NCBI GenBank assembly: GCA_049516255.1
Contig: JBEKTH010000010.1
Coordinates: 8,865-72,864, forward strand
Source: Verrucomicrobiota bacterium
GTDB lineage: Bacteria > Verrucomicrobiota > Verrucomicrobiia > Limisphaerales > UBA11358
DNA length: 64,000 nt
Reading direction: 5' to 3'
The notes beneath the pieces were generated by a model. That model ran no database searches, was not told the origin of the DNA, and saw nothing but the letters and a program-made list of their open reading frames with translations. This document shows, in pieces, positions 11,055-20,393 of this stretch. The position numbers and the translations under genes are program-made. Within the stretch, counting starts at the first letter, position 1, and every line of letters begins with the position of its first letter.

Positions 11055-12044
11055 TTGAGACCCACCAAAACGTTGCAAATCCTGGCATTGGCCATTGTAG
11101 GGGTGGGAACGGTTTGCGTAAAATCCGCAGTAGTGTCGCTTGGATTTAGTGGATCCAGCCCAACGCTGACAATTCAAGGGGTGACTGGCAACAGTTACAT
11201 TATTCAAAGAACGGCTGATTTAAGCAATTCCAACTCATGGGTGACGATGATGAATTTGACTCTGACCCAACCGGTTCAAAACTGGGTGGATACGAGTGTG
11301 GATGCTTCCTTGCCCTCCAATTCGCAGTATTTTTATCAGATTCTGCCCAGTCAAAATGACGGTGGCAGCAACTTTCCCACGTCCGGACTGGTGTTGTTCA
11401 CGAAATTCAGTGAAGGCTCGGGAAACACGGTCGCGGACAGCTCCGGCAACGGGCACACGGGATACTTGACAAATTCGCCCGCCTGGATTCCTGGAGTGAC
11501 AGACTATGCGCTGAACTTTGTCTCAGCCAGTCAGCAGTCTGCGGGTTTTGGGGATTTGAACCTCGCCGGATCGAACCAATGCACCTTCTCCATCTGGATG
11601 CAGAAGACCAATCCGAATGATATCGGTCTGGCGGCGCTGGGATGTACCTCTGGAACGTACAACGCGATATTCCTCGCCTGGTGGAATGACGGAAATGTGT
11701 ATGGAGGTGTGGGATTCACCAACGCCTACCGTTATTTTTATGCGCCTCACGTCACCAATACCTGGGTTCACTTCGTCATGGTTTACGACGGCACACAGTT
11801 GCAAAACAGCAACCGGATCAACATTTTCATTAATGGCATTCAGGCCATACCAGTTCCGGGTCAAGCTAACGCCAAAACGGCGATCTCGACTAATATTGGT
11901 ACCGTCTCGACCAATTTCAGCCTGGCGTGGGACTCGAACGAGGGCTACGAAAGCGGCAGCTACGACGGGGTTGGCGTGTGGAATCGCGTTCTAAGCACAA
12001 ACGAAATCCAGCAAGTTTACAGTAACGCCGCGGCAGGACCATGA
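11055..12044 (+). CDS. Secreted LamG / concanavalin-A-like lectin domain protein with N-terminal '...FYQIL' domain
   Basis: TTG start preceded by AGGAGG (11045-11050), then a signal peptide. LamG_3-type hallmarks: GNTVADSSGNGHTG, ALNF, WVHFVMVYDG, INIFINGIQ, GVWNRVLSTNEIQQVY. Confidence 0.75.
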   Translation: MRPTKTLQILALAIVGVGTVCVKSAVVSLGFSGSSPTLTIQGVTGNSYIIQRTADLSNSNSWVTMMNLTLTQPVQNWVDTSVDASLPSNSQYFYQILPSQNDGGSNFPTSGLVLFTKFSEGSGNTVADSSGNGHTGYLTNSPAWIPGVTDYALNFVSASQQSAGFGDLNLAGSNQCTFSIWMQKTNPNDIGLAALGCTSGTYNAIFLAWWNDGNVYGGVGFTNAYRYFYAPHVTNTWVHFVMVYDGTQLQNSNRINIFINGIQAIPVPGQANAKTAISTNIGTVSTNFSLAWDSNEGYESGSYDGVGVWNRVLSTNEIQQVYSNAAAGP

Positions 12045-12177
12045 ACATTGAAGCCATGTGCGTGGCGACCCTCGCCTCCAATTCAATCGGCCGTGAATAC
12101 GGGGTTTGATCGGAGTCTTGCAGAAACCTTCAACGATTTACAGGCGGCTGGCAGCCATTAACGTTCATCATCAGGCT

Positions 12178-14763
12178 TCAGTCGCTTTGGTCAGTCCGGA
12201 TGGAAACGCTGACGGCTTTCAAGCCATCGGACGTGGCTGTGAGTTTAATGTTTCCGGCTTGCCCAGCCTTGGAGCGGATAATGGCCAGGCAAAGACCATT
12301 AAAGGCCTTGCGGTCATCGGATGGAAATGAAGTCAAATCCGTCGGATCGCCATTGTCGGTGGCCACGATTTCGCCCGGCCCGGAAATTTCGAAATGTACC
12401 GCGTTGTCTGCCCGGGGCACCATCAAACCGTGTTTGTCTTCCACCGTTAAGGTGACAAAGGACAAATCTTCACCGTCGGCGTTGATTCGTCTACGATCCG
12501 GTTGCAATGTGAGTTTCGCCGCCGGGCCGGTCGTTTGCACCATGTCCATCGCCCACTTTTTGCCATTCTTGTAAGCGACCACTTTGAGTTTGCCCGGTTC
12601 GTATTTTACCTCGTTCCAACACAGGCGGTATTCGTAAGGTTCTTTTTTTTGCAGCCCGAGCGACTTGCCATTGAGGAACAACTCGGCTTCGTCGCCGGAC
12701 GTATACACAAACACGGGGGTGATCTGGCCGGCACGGTCCGGCAAGTCCCAGCATTGCGGCACGAGGTGGGCCATGGGCACTTCGGGACGCCAGTGCGCCT
12801 GGTACAGATAGAAGCGGTCTTTCTTGAAGCCGGCCAGGTCCACAATCCCGAAGTAGGAACTGCGCGAAGGATCGTTGGACCCATCGTAGGGCGTCGGCTC
12901 GCCGAGGTAATCGAAGCCCGTCCATACGAATTCGCCGGCCACGAACGGATTTTCATCCTGGCCCTTGAATTCGGTGTCCGGGATTGTCGCCCAATACGGC
13001 GCGGAAAGGTCGTAGGAGCTCATTTGGAAATCCGACTTGCCATCATTCTTGTTGGTGTTGACGGGGAAAAAATATTCACCGCGCGAGCTGATGCAGGAGG
13101 CGGTCTCGCTGCCGAAGATGGGCAGACCGGGATTGGCCGCGTGTACCTGTGCGTACTCGAAGGGTTTGTAGTTGTACCCAAAAACATCGAGGTTCGTCTG
13201 AAAGCCGTCAAAGCCGGACGCAATGTGGTCGCACGCGGCGGTGGTCGGGCGCGTCGGGTCTTCCTCGTGCGCGATGCGGGTCAGTTCCGCCGCAATCCGC
13301 AGCCCAGCCGGCGTTCCCTGGTCGGGCACTTCATTGCCGATGCTCCACAGAATGATGCTGGGATGGTTGCGGTCACGCCTCAGTTCCGCGCGCCAATCTT
13401 TCTCGTGCCAGTCGTTGAACAGACGATGGTAATCATTGGGCCGCTTGCCGCGTTCCCAACAATCAAACGATTCATCCATGACCAGCACGCCCAGGCGGTC
13501 GCACATATCGAGCAGCTCCGGTGCGGGCGGATTGTGGCTGGTGCGGATGGCGTTGCAGCCCATCTCCTTCAAAATTTCGATCTGACGCTCCAACGCCCGG
13601 GTATTGATGGCCGTGCCGAGCGCGCCCAGGTCGGCGTGGTCGCAAACGCCATTGAGGCGGACGGGTTCGCCGTTCAGGAAGAAACCCTGGTCGGCGTCGA
13701 ATTTGATGGTACGGATGCCGAACGGGGTCGTGTATTGATCCAGCGGTTTGCCGTCCTGCTCAATCGAGGTCACCACCACATAGCGTTGCGGCTGTTCCAG
13801 GCTCCAGAGTCGCGGGTTCGGGAAAATGATTTGTGCTTCGCTCGATTGATTTTGCCGCGGGGCGACCTGCACGCCGTCGGTGGTGATGGAAGCCAGTGGC
13901 CCGCCTGGAGTGCCGTCCGCCTTGAGTTCGCAAATCTCATTTTTGACGGACACAATGGCGGCGGACTCCGAGTCGTTGTCCACGGTGACCTGGATTTTCA
14001 CGGTGGCGGCGGAAGGGCTGATTTCCGGCGTGGTCACATACGTTCCCCAATGCCCCAAATGTACCGGCCCGGTTTTTACCAGCCAGACATTACGGTAAAT
14101 CCCGCCACCCGGATACCAGCGCGAGGAAGCCGGCGGGTTGTCCAAGCGGATGGCGAGGACATTTTCCGCGCCGGCCTTGATATACGGTGTCAGGTCAAGT
14201 TCCCAGGAAGCATAGCCGTAAGGCCAGCCGCCGACAAATTGGCCGTTGAGCCAGACGCTTGCGTAGGACATGGCGCCATCCACGTCGAGACAAAGGCGGC
14301 GATCCTTGTCGGACGCGGGGATGGTGAAGTGCTTACGATACCAGCCGATGCCTTCCCAGGGCAGTTTGCCGGTGGAGCCGGAAGCTTCCCGTTTGAATGG
14401 GCCTTGAATACCCCAGTCGTGGGGAAGATTCAATTGATGCCAGCCGCTGTCATCATAGTCCGGCCGGGTATAGGCGACATCGCCACCGGGATTGCCCGAC
14501 GGACGCGCGACCGGTTCGCCGGCTTCCACAAACTCGTTGCCCGTGGCGACGATCCAGGATCGGATGTTGGTGTAGCTGAGTTCGTCGCCGGTACCTGCCG
14601 GGTCACCTATGATAAACCGCCAGTCCGAGTCCAATGAAAGGCACTCGCGAGCGGGACCTGCGGCCTGTGCAGTGTTGGTCAACAGGTTTAAAGCGATGAA
14701 AAAAGTGGCGGCCAGGCACCAACCGCTCATTTGAGATAAATTGAGTTGTGTCGTTTGTTTCAT
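12178..14763 (-). CDS. Glycoside hydrolase family 2 (beta-galactosidase-type)
   Basis: ORF 12178..15018 trimmed to ATG 14763, giving the signal peptide MKQTTQLNLSQMSGWCLAATFFIALNLLTNTAQA. N-terminal DWRF...GWHQLNLPHDW motif and acid/base motif NHPSIILWSIGNE. The length and domain order are typical of GH2. Confidence 0.88.
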   Translation of the reverse strand: MKQTTQLNLSQMSGWCLAATFFIALNLLTNTAQAAGPARECLSLDSDWRFIIGDPAGTGDELSYTNIRSWIVATGNEFVEAGEPVARPSGNPGGDVAYTRPDYDDSGWHQLNLPHDWGIQGPFKREASGSTGKLPWEGIGWYRKHFTIPASDKDRRLCLDVDGAMSYASVWLNGQFVGGWPYGYASWELDLTPYIKAGAENVLAIRLDNPPASSRWYPGGGIYRNVWLVKTGPVHLGHWGTYVTTPEISPSAATVKIQVTVDNDSESAAIVSVKNEICELKADGTPGGPLASITTDGVQVAPRQNQSSEAQIIFPNPRLWSLEQPQRYVVVTSIEQDGKPLDQYTTPFGIRTIKFDADQGFFLNGEPVRLNGVCDHADLGALGTAINTRALERQIEILKEMGCNAIRTSHNPPAPELLDMCDRLGVLVMDESFDCWERGKRPNDYHRLFNDWHEKDWRAELRRDRNHPSIILWSIGNEVPDQGTPAGLRIAAELTRIAHEEDPTRPTTAACDHIASGFDGFQTNLDVFGYNYKPFEYAQVHAANPGLPIFGSETASCISSRGEYFFPVNTNKNDGKSDFQMSSYDLSAPYWATIPDTEFKGQDENPFVAGEFVWTGFDYLGEPTPYDGSNDPSRSSYFGIVDLAGFKKDRFYLYQAHWRPEVPMAHLVPQCWDLPDRAGQITPVFVYTSGDEAELFLNGKSLGLQKKEPYEYRLCWNEVKYEPGKLKVVAYKNGKKWAMDMVQTTGPAAKLTLQPDRRRINADGEDLSFVTLTVEDKHGLMVPRADNAVHFEISGPGEIVATDNGDPTDLTSFPSDDRKAFNGLCLAIIRSKAGQAGNIKLTATSDGLKAVSVSIRTDQSD

Positions 14764-14860
14764 AAAAGTCGCAGTTCCGGCCCGTTGACCCAGAACGGGA
14801 GGATTTGGCTGTTTCCCATTTGATGGCTGTTGAACAAATGGCAACCGGTTGCGGGGATTT

Positions 14861-14879
14861 TGGCTAGCCTCACAAATGT
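14861..14879 (-). promoter_or_regulatory. Shared upstream motif, copy A (ACATTTGTGAGGCTAGCCA on minus strand), ~98 nt upstream of the GH2 start
   Basis: Reverse complement of 14861-14879 matches the 23-mer at 19046 and 20149 over ACATTTGTGAGGCTAG.CA. Confidence 0.5.
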
Positions 14880-15138
14880 GTGGTTTTGGTACTTTGTTAA
14901 ATTTCGTGGTGCAACAAAACGATTTGCTGGTGTAGCATCCGGGTATGCGCACAGTTTTTCCGGTTTGGCGATACCGCATGGGCGCCGGTTGCAATTTCGT
15001 ACAACCCTCGGCAGTCATCAGAGCCTGCGGTCAACGGTTTTTATCATCAAGACAAATCAGAGTAATATCCATTGTCCGGCCGTTGAATGGCGCCCGCGCG
15101 AAAACCGATAACCTGCAAAAGCCGGTCCATACATTTCC

Positions 15139-18100
15139 ATGATCAAATCCGTGCGGCCATACCTCGCGCGCAGGTGCGGAATGCCTGCGGCTTGCCGCGA
15201 AGGCTTTTGCTGCTGGATGCTGGTCGCCGCGTTGCTGGTGCCGATTGTGGCCCGACCAGCCGGCGGGGCTCCGGCTGGTTCGCCCCTTCAGTCAGTGACC
15301 AACATTGCCCAACTTTCCCGACTGGGCTCCCAGAATCCGGACGTCGGTTATTTTGTCCATTTGGAAGGAGACATATTGTGGGTGAACCCGGCGCGGGGAC
15401 AACTTGTTTTACAGGACACATCCGGTGCGGAAGAGTTGGAAATGGATTTGCATGGCCAATCCCTGCAACCCGGCCAGCGGGTGCGTTTGGAAGGCGAGGG
15501 GACAATCACCAGCCGTGGCGCGGGATTTCGACTGGGAGTCCAGGGGCCGGTGGTGGATGACAATGGTGTCCATACGATGATTGAAAAATCCGGCGCAATT
15601 TATCTGACGGCGGGACGGCATCCCATCTGCGTTGACTGGTTCAATGGCGTCGAAAAATATGGGTTGCAAGTGGAGTACCAGGGGCCGGATCTGCCCCGTC
15701 AAAGAATCCCCGATTCGGCCCTGTTTCGCGTCCGGCCGGGTATCACCGGGGCGACAAATTTTGCTAGCGGACTGGATTATGCCTGTTACGAAGTTGATGG
15801 AGAGGCTTTGCCGGACTTTGGCCAGTTGACCGCGCTCAAGACCGGAACCGTATCCAATTTTGATCTGGATGTCATGCTGGGTGTCATGAGTCGGAACGAG
15901 CATGTCGGGTTGCAATTTGCGGGCTATCTTCAAATCCCTCGGGACGGTCTTTATACGTTTTACCTCATATCGGATGATGGCAGTCAGTTGTTCGTGGATG
16001 CACAGTCGTTTCGGCTGGCGGTGATGGGGCAACAGCCACTGCCGGAACCGCGCAAGCTGGTCATCGGGGAGACCTTGAGCGAGGATCGGGATTATCAGTG
16101 GGTTGAGGTCGAAGGGAAGGTAACGTTTGTGAGCGAGCACAAGGACGGATGGGATCTGGAATTAACTTCTGAAACCGGCCGTCTGAAGGTGGAGATTGCC
16201 GATGGCACCGGTCTGTCCGCGGCATTCTTGTTGAAAAGCCGGGTTCGAGTCGTTGGGGTTTGTCAGGGCGCTTATGATGCCGATGGGGACAAAATGGGCG
16301 GCACCTTGTTGGTGTCGAACAGGGACGGAATTAAAATCATCCAGGCAAACGATCCGACGATACCAAGCGTTGAGGGCGGGTCGGGAACGCTTCCCGTGTT
16401 GAACACCGCCGGTGAAGTTCATCAATTAAGCCGCGAAGAAGCGCAGCGGGGCTATCCGGTCAAAATCCGGGGCGTGGTTACCTGTGTATTTCCGGAACAT
16501 CAGGCGTTCACCATTCAGGATGCCACGCGCGGATTGTATGTGGTTGATTCCTCCGAGAGCCGTTCGGTGCCGCCACAAATCGGCGAGTACCTGGAGGTCG
16601 AGGGCCGGAGCGATCCCAGCCTGTTCGCTCCCATTGTGGACGCGGACCGGGTGAGTGATCTGGGGGTGGGACGTTTGCCGCAGCCGGTGCATCCGACCTG
16701 GGATCAATTGATGAATGGGAGCCTGGATGGACAATATGTCGAGCTGCAAGGCATCATTACCACGGTCAATTCGAACGGGGTGACGCTGTTTACGGGGGAC
16801 GGTCGAATCACATTGGAGTTGCGGGTGGCGGGAACCAAAACCGAGGCATTGAAATCTTATGAAGACAGCGTTGTACGCGTGCGGGGGTGTTTGTTCGCGT
16901 CATGGGATTATGTGACGCACCAGGTTAAAGTGGGCGAGATCCGGGTCTATGGCGCGGAACTATCCGTGGATCAGCCGGCCCCCGGGGATCTGTTTTCAAT
17001 TCCGCTTAAGACCGTGGCGGAGTTGCTGCAGTTTAATCCGCAAGCGGGCGTGTTCCAGCGCGTGAAAGTGTCCGGGCAGATCATTAGTGCCCAGGCCCCG
17101 CAATATTACATGATGGACGGCTCAAATGGCCTGCAATTCATCTTGAAGAAGCCCGTGCCGGGGCTGGAAGCCGGCGATCAGGTGGAAGTGGTTGGTTTTC
17201 CGGAACTGAGCGGCGCCTCACCCCTCCTGCACGAGGCGGTGGCGCGCAAGACCGGCCATGCGGCCCTGCCGAAACCAAGGCCGTTGCCACCGAATAATCT
17301 CATACAAGGGGAGTGTGACTCGACCTTGATAAAGGTTGACGGATTGCTTGTCAGTGTGAGAGAGACGCCGGTTGGGCAGGCGCTGGAATTGCGGAGTGGA
17401 ATCCGCACCTTTTTGGCCCGACTGAATTCGAAAATTGATTCCGTACGCTCGCTGGCTCCGGGCAGCCGTCTGGAACTGGTTGGGGTGTACATCGGTGATG
17501 GCGGGAACCGGGCCGTGGGGCAGGACATCACTTCGTTTGAACTCCTGCTCAACTCCGCCGCGGACATCAAAGTGCTGGAGCGGCCTCCCTGGTGGACCCT
17601 GGAGCGCCTGTTGTTCATCGTGGGTCTGCTGGTGTGCGTGCTGGCCGCGGCCGCCCTTTGGATTACTCAATTGCACCGGCGGGTTGAACAACGTACGACC
17701 GAACTGGGGGCTCAAATCCGGCAACGTCAAAACGTTGAGCATCAACGAGCCATGGAACAGGAACGCGCCCGGATTGCCCAGGATTTGCATGATGAACTCG
17801 GCTCGGGCATCACCGAAATCGGCATGTTGGCCGCCCGGGCAAAATTTGCGACCGCTCCTGATGAAAAATGGAACCGGCATCTGGAGCAGGTGCGGGAGAA
17901 AGCGCGGGAGATGGTCACCGCCCTGGACGAAATAGTCTGGGCAATGAATCCGAAACATGATTCCCTGGCCTCGCTGGTCAGTTATTTTTGTCTTTATGCG
18001 GAGCGTTTCCTGGGGTTGGCGAACATTGCCTGGAGTCTGGAAGGCACCTCCCGGACGGCCGACCACACGGTGGACTCCCGCCACCGCCACCAGTTGTTTC

Positions 18101-18363
18101 TGGCTTTCAAGGAAGCATTGACCAATGTGGTGCGCCACTCCGGTGCCTCGGAAGTTCGTCTGGGGATCAAAGTCGAGCAGGGACAAGTGTGGCTGAGCAT
18201 CACCGACAATGGCAGCGGGTTCTCCCCGGAAATCCCGACCGAGGAAATGGACGGCGTGGCAAATATGCGGGCGCGCATTGAAAAATTGGGCGGGAGATTT
18301 GAAATAACCAGCCAAGCCGGTCACGGTACGATCGTCCGGTTCAACATGCCTTTAAGTCCATGA
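15139..18363 (+). CDS. Sensor histidine kinase (HisKA_3/NarX-type) with large extracytoplasmic region containing a PA14 domain
   Basis: N-terminal hydrophobic segment. PA14-like segment: GLQFAGYLQIPRDGLYTFYLISDDGSQLFVD. TM helix LLFIVGLLVCVLAAAALWI. HisKA_3 H-box RIAQDLHDELGSGIT. HATPase_c with N and G boxes (LTNVVRHSGA, DNGSGF, GHGTIV). Confidence 0.88.
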   Translation: MIKSVRPYLARRCGMPAACREGFCCWMLVAALLVPIVARPAGGAPAGSPLQSVTNIAQLSRLGSQNPDVGYFVHLEGDILWVNPARGQLVLQDTSGAEELEMDLHGQSLQPGQRVRLEGEGTITSRGAGFRLGVQGPVVDDNGVHTMIEKSGAIYLTAGRHPICVDWFNGVEKYGLQVEYQGPDLPRQRIPDSALFRVRPGITGATNFASGLDYACYEVDGEALPDFGQLTALKTGTVSNFDLDVMLGVMSRNEHVGLQFAGYLQIPRDGLYTFYLISDDGSQLFVDAQSFRLAVMGQQPLPEPRKLVIGETLSEDRDYQWVEVEGKVTFVSEHKDGWDLELTSETGRLKVEIADGTGLSAAFLLKSRVRVVGVCQGAYDADGDKMGGTLLVSNRDGIKIIQANDPTIPSVEGGSGTLPVLNTAGEVHQLSREEAQRGYPVKIRGVVTCVFPEHQAFTIQDATRGLYVVDSSESRSVPPQIGEYLEVEGRSDPSLFAPIVDADRVSDLGVGRLPQPVHPTWDQLMNGSLDGQYVELQGIITTVNSNGVTLFTGDGRITLELRVAGTKTEALKSYEDSVVRVRGCLFASWDYVTHQVKVGEIRVYGAELSVDQPAPGDLFSIPLKTVAELLQFNPQAGVFQRVKVSGQIISAQAPQYYMMDGSNGLQFILKKPVPGLEAGDQVEVVGFPELSGASPLLHEAVARKTGHAALPKPRPLPPNNLIQGECDSTLIKVDGLLVSVRETPVGQALELRSGIRTFLARLNSKIDSVRSLAPGSRLELVGVYIGDGGNRAVGQDITSFELLLNSAADIKVLERPPWWTLERLLFIVGLLVCVLAAAALWITQLHRRVEQRTTELGAQIRQRQNVEHQRAMEQERARIAQDLHDELGSGITEIGMLAARAKFATAPDEKWNRHLEQVREKAREMVTALDEIVWAMNPKHDSLASLVSYFCLYAERFLGLANIAWSLEGTSRTADHTVDSRHRHQLFLAFKEALTNVVRHSGASEVRLGIKVEQGQVWLSITDNGSGFSPEIPTEEMDGVANMRARIEKLGGRFEITSQAGHGTIVRFNMPLSP

Positions 18364-18986
18364 CCAAGATTGCCATTGTTGAAGACAACAAAGTAATTCG
18401 TGAAAGCCTCACGGAATTCGTTCATGCGGATCCGGAATGCCGGTGCGTCTGCGCTTGCGCAACGGCGGAAGAGGCCTTGAAAGTTTTTCCCAAACACGAG
18501 CCGGAGATCGTGCTCATGGATATTCAATTGCCCAACATGTCGGGCATCGATTGTATAGCTCAACTCAAACAGATGTTGCCGTCCGTTCAGATCATCATGG
18601 TCACGGTTTATGAGGATACCGAACGGATATTCAAGGCATTGCGCATGGGTGCCTGTGGTTATTTATTGAAGCGATGTGCGCCCGAAGAACTTATTTCGGC
18701 AATCCGGGAGGTGCGGCAGGGTGGCGCGCCCATGTCGCGGGAAATCGCCCGCAAGGTCATCGCTTCATTTCAGGAACCGGCGACGGCGGCCACGGAAGTG
18801 GAAGATCTCACGGCCCGCGAGCGGGAAATCCTGGAGTTGCTGGCCAGCGGTTTCCCCAACAAGGAAATTGCCGATCGTGTCGGGTTGACCGATGGCACAG
18901 TGCGCTGGCATCTCCGGCATGTTTACAACAAGTTGCACGTCCGATCCCGCACCGAAGCGGCGCTTAAATTTCGTTCGGCGAAGTAG
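18360..18986 (+). CDS. NarL/LuxR-family response regulator (REC + HTH_LuxR)
   Basis: ATGA overlap with the kinase stop. REC domain (IAIVEDN..., VLMDIQLPNMSG). LuxR HTH: LTAREREILELLASGFPNKEIADRVGLTDGTVRWHLRHVYNKL. Confidence 0.92.
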   Translation: MTKIAIVEDNKVIRESLTEFVHADPECRCVCACATAEEALKVFPKHEPEIVLMDIQLPNMSGIDCIAQLKQMLPSVQIIMVTVYEDTERIFKALRMGACGYLLKRCAPEELISAIREVRQGGAPMSREIARKVIASFQEPATAATEVEDLTAREREILELLASGFPNKEIADRVGLTDGTVRWHLRHVYNKLHVRSRTEAALKFRSAK

Positions 18987-19045
18987 AATAGTCATTGATT
19001 TTAAACAGCTTGCGCCGCTTTCCGGATCGAACGGGCGCTGAAGAA

Positions 19046-19068
19046 CTCTACATTTGTGAGGCTAGGCA
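19046..19068 (+). promoter_or_regulatory. Shared upstream motif, copy B (CTCTACATTTGTGAGGCTAGGCA), 56 nt upstream of the PEP-CTERM gene
   Basis: 23/23 identical to copy C at 20149-20171. Confidence 0.55.
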
Positions 19069-19123
19069 AATCCAGGGATTGGGGCATAATTGGGTCAAAG
19101 CAAAACCCGTAATTCAACCTTCT

Positions 19124-19897
19124 ATGAAAACTGTTTCTTACGTAACCTCGGTCATTGCTGCGTTAACGATGGCCATGGTGTCCGCCAAAGCCGCCACTTA
19201 TACAGGCACCGGCAATGCGGACGGCGGCGGCGCGAATGGAGAAGGCATCAGCAGCGTTGTCATCAACAACGATGCGACCGATATCACTTTCACCATCAAC
19301 ACGAGCGCGGCGCAGAGCGCCTACGTTCAGTATTTTGTCCTGATGCAGTATGTTGGGCAGGGCGCCAGTGGAAGCGCGGTGCTCCTTCACTCGGCGGGGG
19401 CGTTGAACGGCTGGGGTCCCAGCCTTGGCATCAGCACCGGCGAAAACGCCTTTGCCGCCACTTATAACACGGGTGCCACTCCGGCGTTCTATAGTGGCGG
19501 CGCCTGGACGCAGGGTGCAGGAGTGAGCTATAGTGCCGGCGGCACGGGCTTTACTTTCAATACCTTTACGTTGTCGTTAAGCAGCCTCGGGTTGAGCGTT
19601 GGCAGCCAGTTTTACTTCGATGTGGTGTCATCGTACCCCAATGGTGTCGGGCAATCCGCATACGGTTCATTGGACAGCATCGGTGGTTATCCGGCGGAGA
19701 CAGATAATAGCTACAAACCTTACCTCGGTTCCAATGCTTATGACGCTGCCACCGACGCCTCCGGTACGACCTTTGGTACGGCTGCGAGCCTGTACACCGT
19801 CTCGTCTGTTCCTGAACCGGCTGTCAGCGCGTTCCTTGGTTTGGGCGTGCTGCTTATGATCATGCGTCGGAGAACACTCTGTACTCGCCAGCTTTGA
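19124..19897 (+). CDS. PEP-CTERM sorting-domain protein (secreted, function unknown)
   Basis: ORF 18995..19897 trimmed to ATG 19124, giving the signal peptide MKTVSYVTSVIAALTMAMVSAKA. C-terminus VPEPAVSAFLGLGVLLMIMRRR shows the PEP motif, a TM helix and an Arg cluster. Confidence 0.8.
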   Translation: MKTVSYVTSVIAALTMAMVSAKAATYTGTGNADGGGANGEGISSVVINNDATDITFTINTSAAQSAYVQYFVLMQYVGQGASGSAVLLHSAGALNGWGPSLGISTGENAFAATYNTGATPAFYSGGAWTQGAGVSYSAGGTGFTFNTFTLSLSSLGLSVGSQFYFDVVSSYPNGVGQSAYGSLDSIGGYPAETDNSYKPYLGSNAYDAATDASGTTFGTAASLYTVSSVPEPAVSAFLGLGVLLMIMRRRTLCTRQL

Positions 19898-19920
19898 TCT
19901 TGCCCGCCGTGACGGAAAAG

Positions 19921-19954
19921 GTGCTGCCTGTGAAAACGGGCGGCACTTTTGCTT
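19921..19954 (+). terminator. Putative rho-independent terminator after the PEP-CTERM gene
   Basis: GTGCTGCC / GGCGGCAC stem (8 bp, one G-U pair), 9-10 nt loop, then TTTTGCTT. Located 24 nt after the stop. Confidence 0.45.
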
Positions 19955-20148
19955 ATGCCGCCAGGGGATGGATTTTCCGCGTTTTCCAAATTCAGTGCAT
20001 TTGTCGGCCCAAGTGGTATATTGGCATGCTCAGCACATTTACAATAGTTGCCGGTCGGCCGTGTCATGAACCGCACCAGGCCAAGCTGGATAGTCGTTGG
20101 CCTAAAATCACTTATGCCATTTGTATGCCAGGCAGAAATCTCGAAATT

Positions 20149-20171
20149 CTCTACATTTGTGAGGCTAGGCA
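20149..20171 (+). promoter_or_regulatory. Shared upstream motif, copy C (CTCTACATTTGTGAGGCTAGGCA), 223 nt upstream of the pseudopilin-like gene
   Basis: Identical 23-mer to copy B. It lies in a 496-nt non-coding gap after the terminator. Confidence 0.55.
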
Positions 20172-20393
20172 GGGCTGCAAAAGCAACTATCATTGCATAA
20201 TCACTTATCAAACTATGAAGCAATGCGCATGTGGTTATGTTGACTTTTGCCTGTCAAGGTTACTCCACGATTCAGCGCCAATCGTGGTTTTCAAGGCACT
20301 GGGGAAGATTTTGGTCCGTTTGGCCGGGGGACAACGGAATCACGCAATCAGCCTTATGGAAAATATTTAACCGGGATAATTCATCCACAAACG

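Noticed and set aside
12502-14637. 711-aa ORF on the plus strand
   Set aside because: It is entirely antisense to the well-supported GH2 gene. Its Arg/Ala/Gly/Val-rich, low-complexity composition is typical of shadow ORFs in GC-rich DNA, and it has no recognisable motifs.
14861-20171. Assigning the shared motif to a specific sigma factor (sigma-70 -35/-10, sigma-54 -24/-12, ECF)
   Set aside because: TTGTGA with CATAAT/TATCAT 25 nt downstream occurs in two copies, but the spacing is non-canonical and the third copy lacks it. No GG-N10-GC arrangement is present. The evidence is insufficient.
19894-20370. 158-aa ORF in the gap between the PEP-CTERM and pseudopilin-like genes
   Set aside because: It has a TTG start and runs through the putative terminator and the shared upstream motif. 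It shows no family features, so the region is better explained as regulatory or leader sequence.
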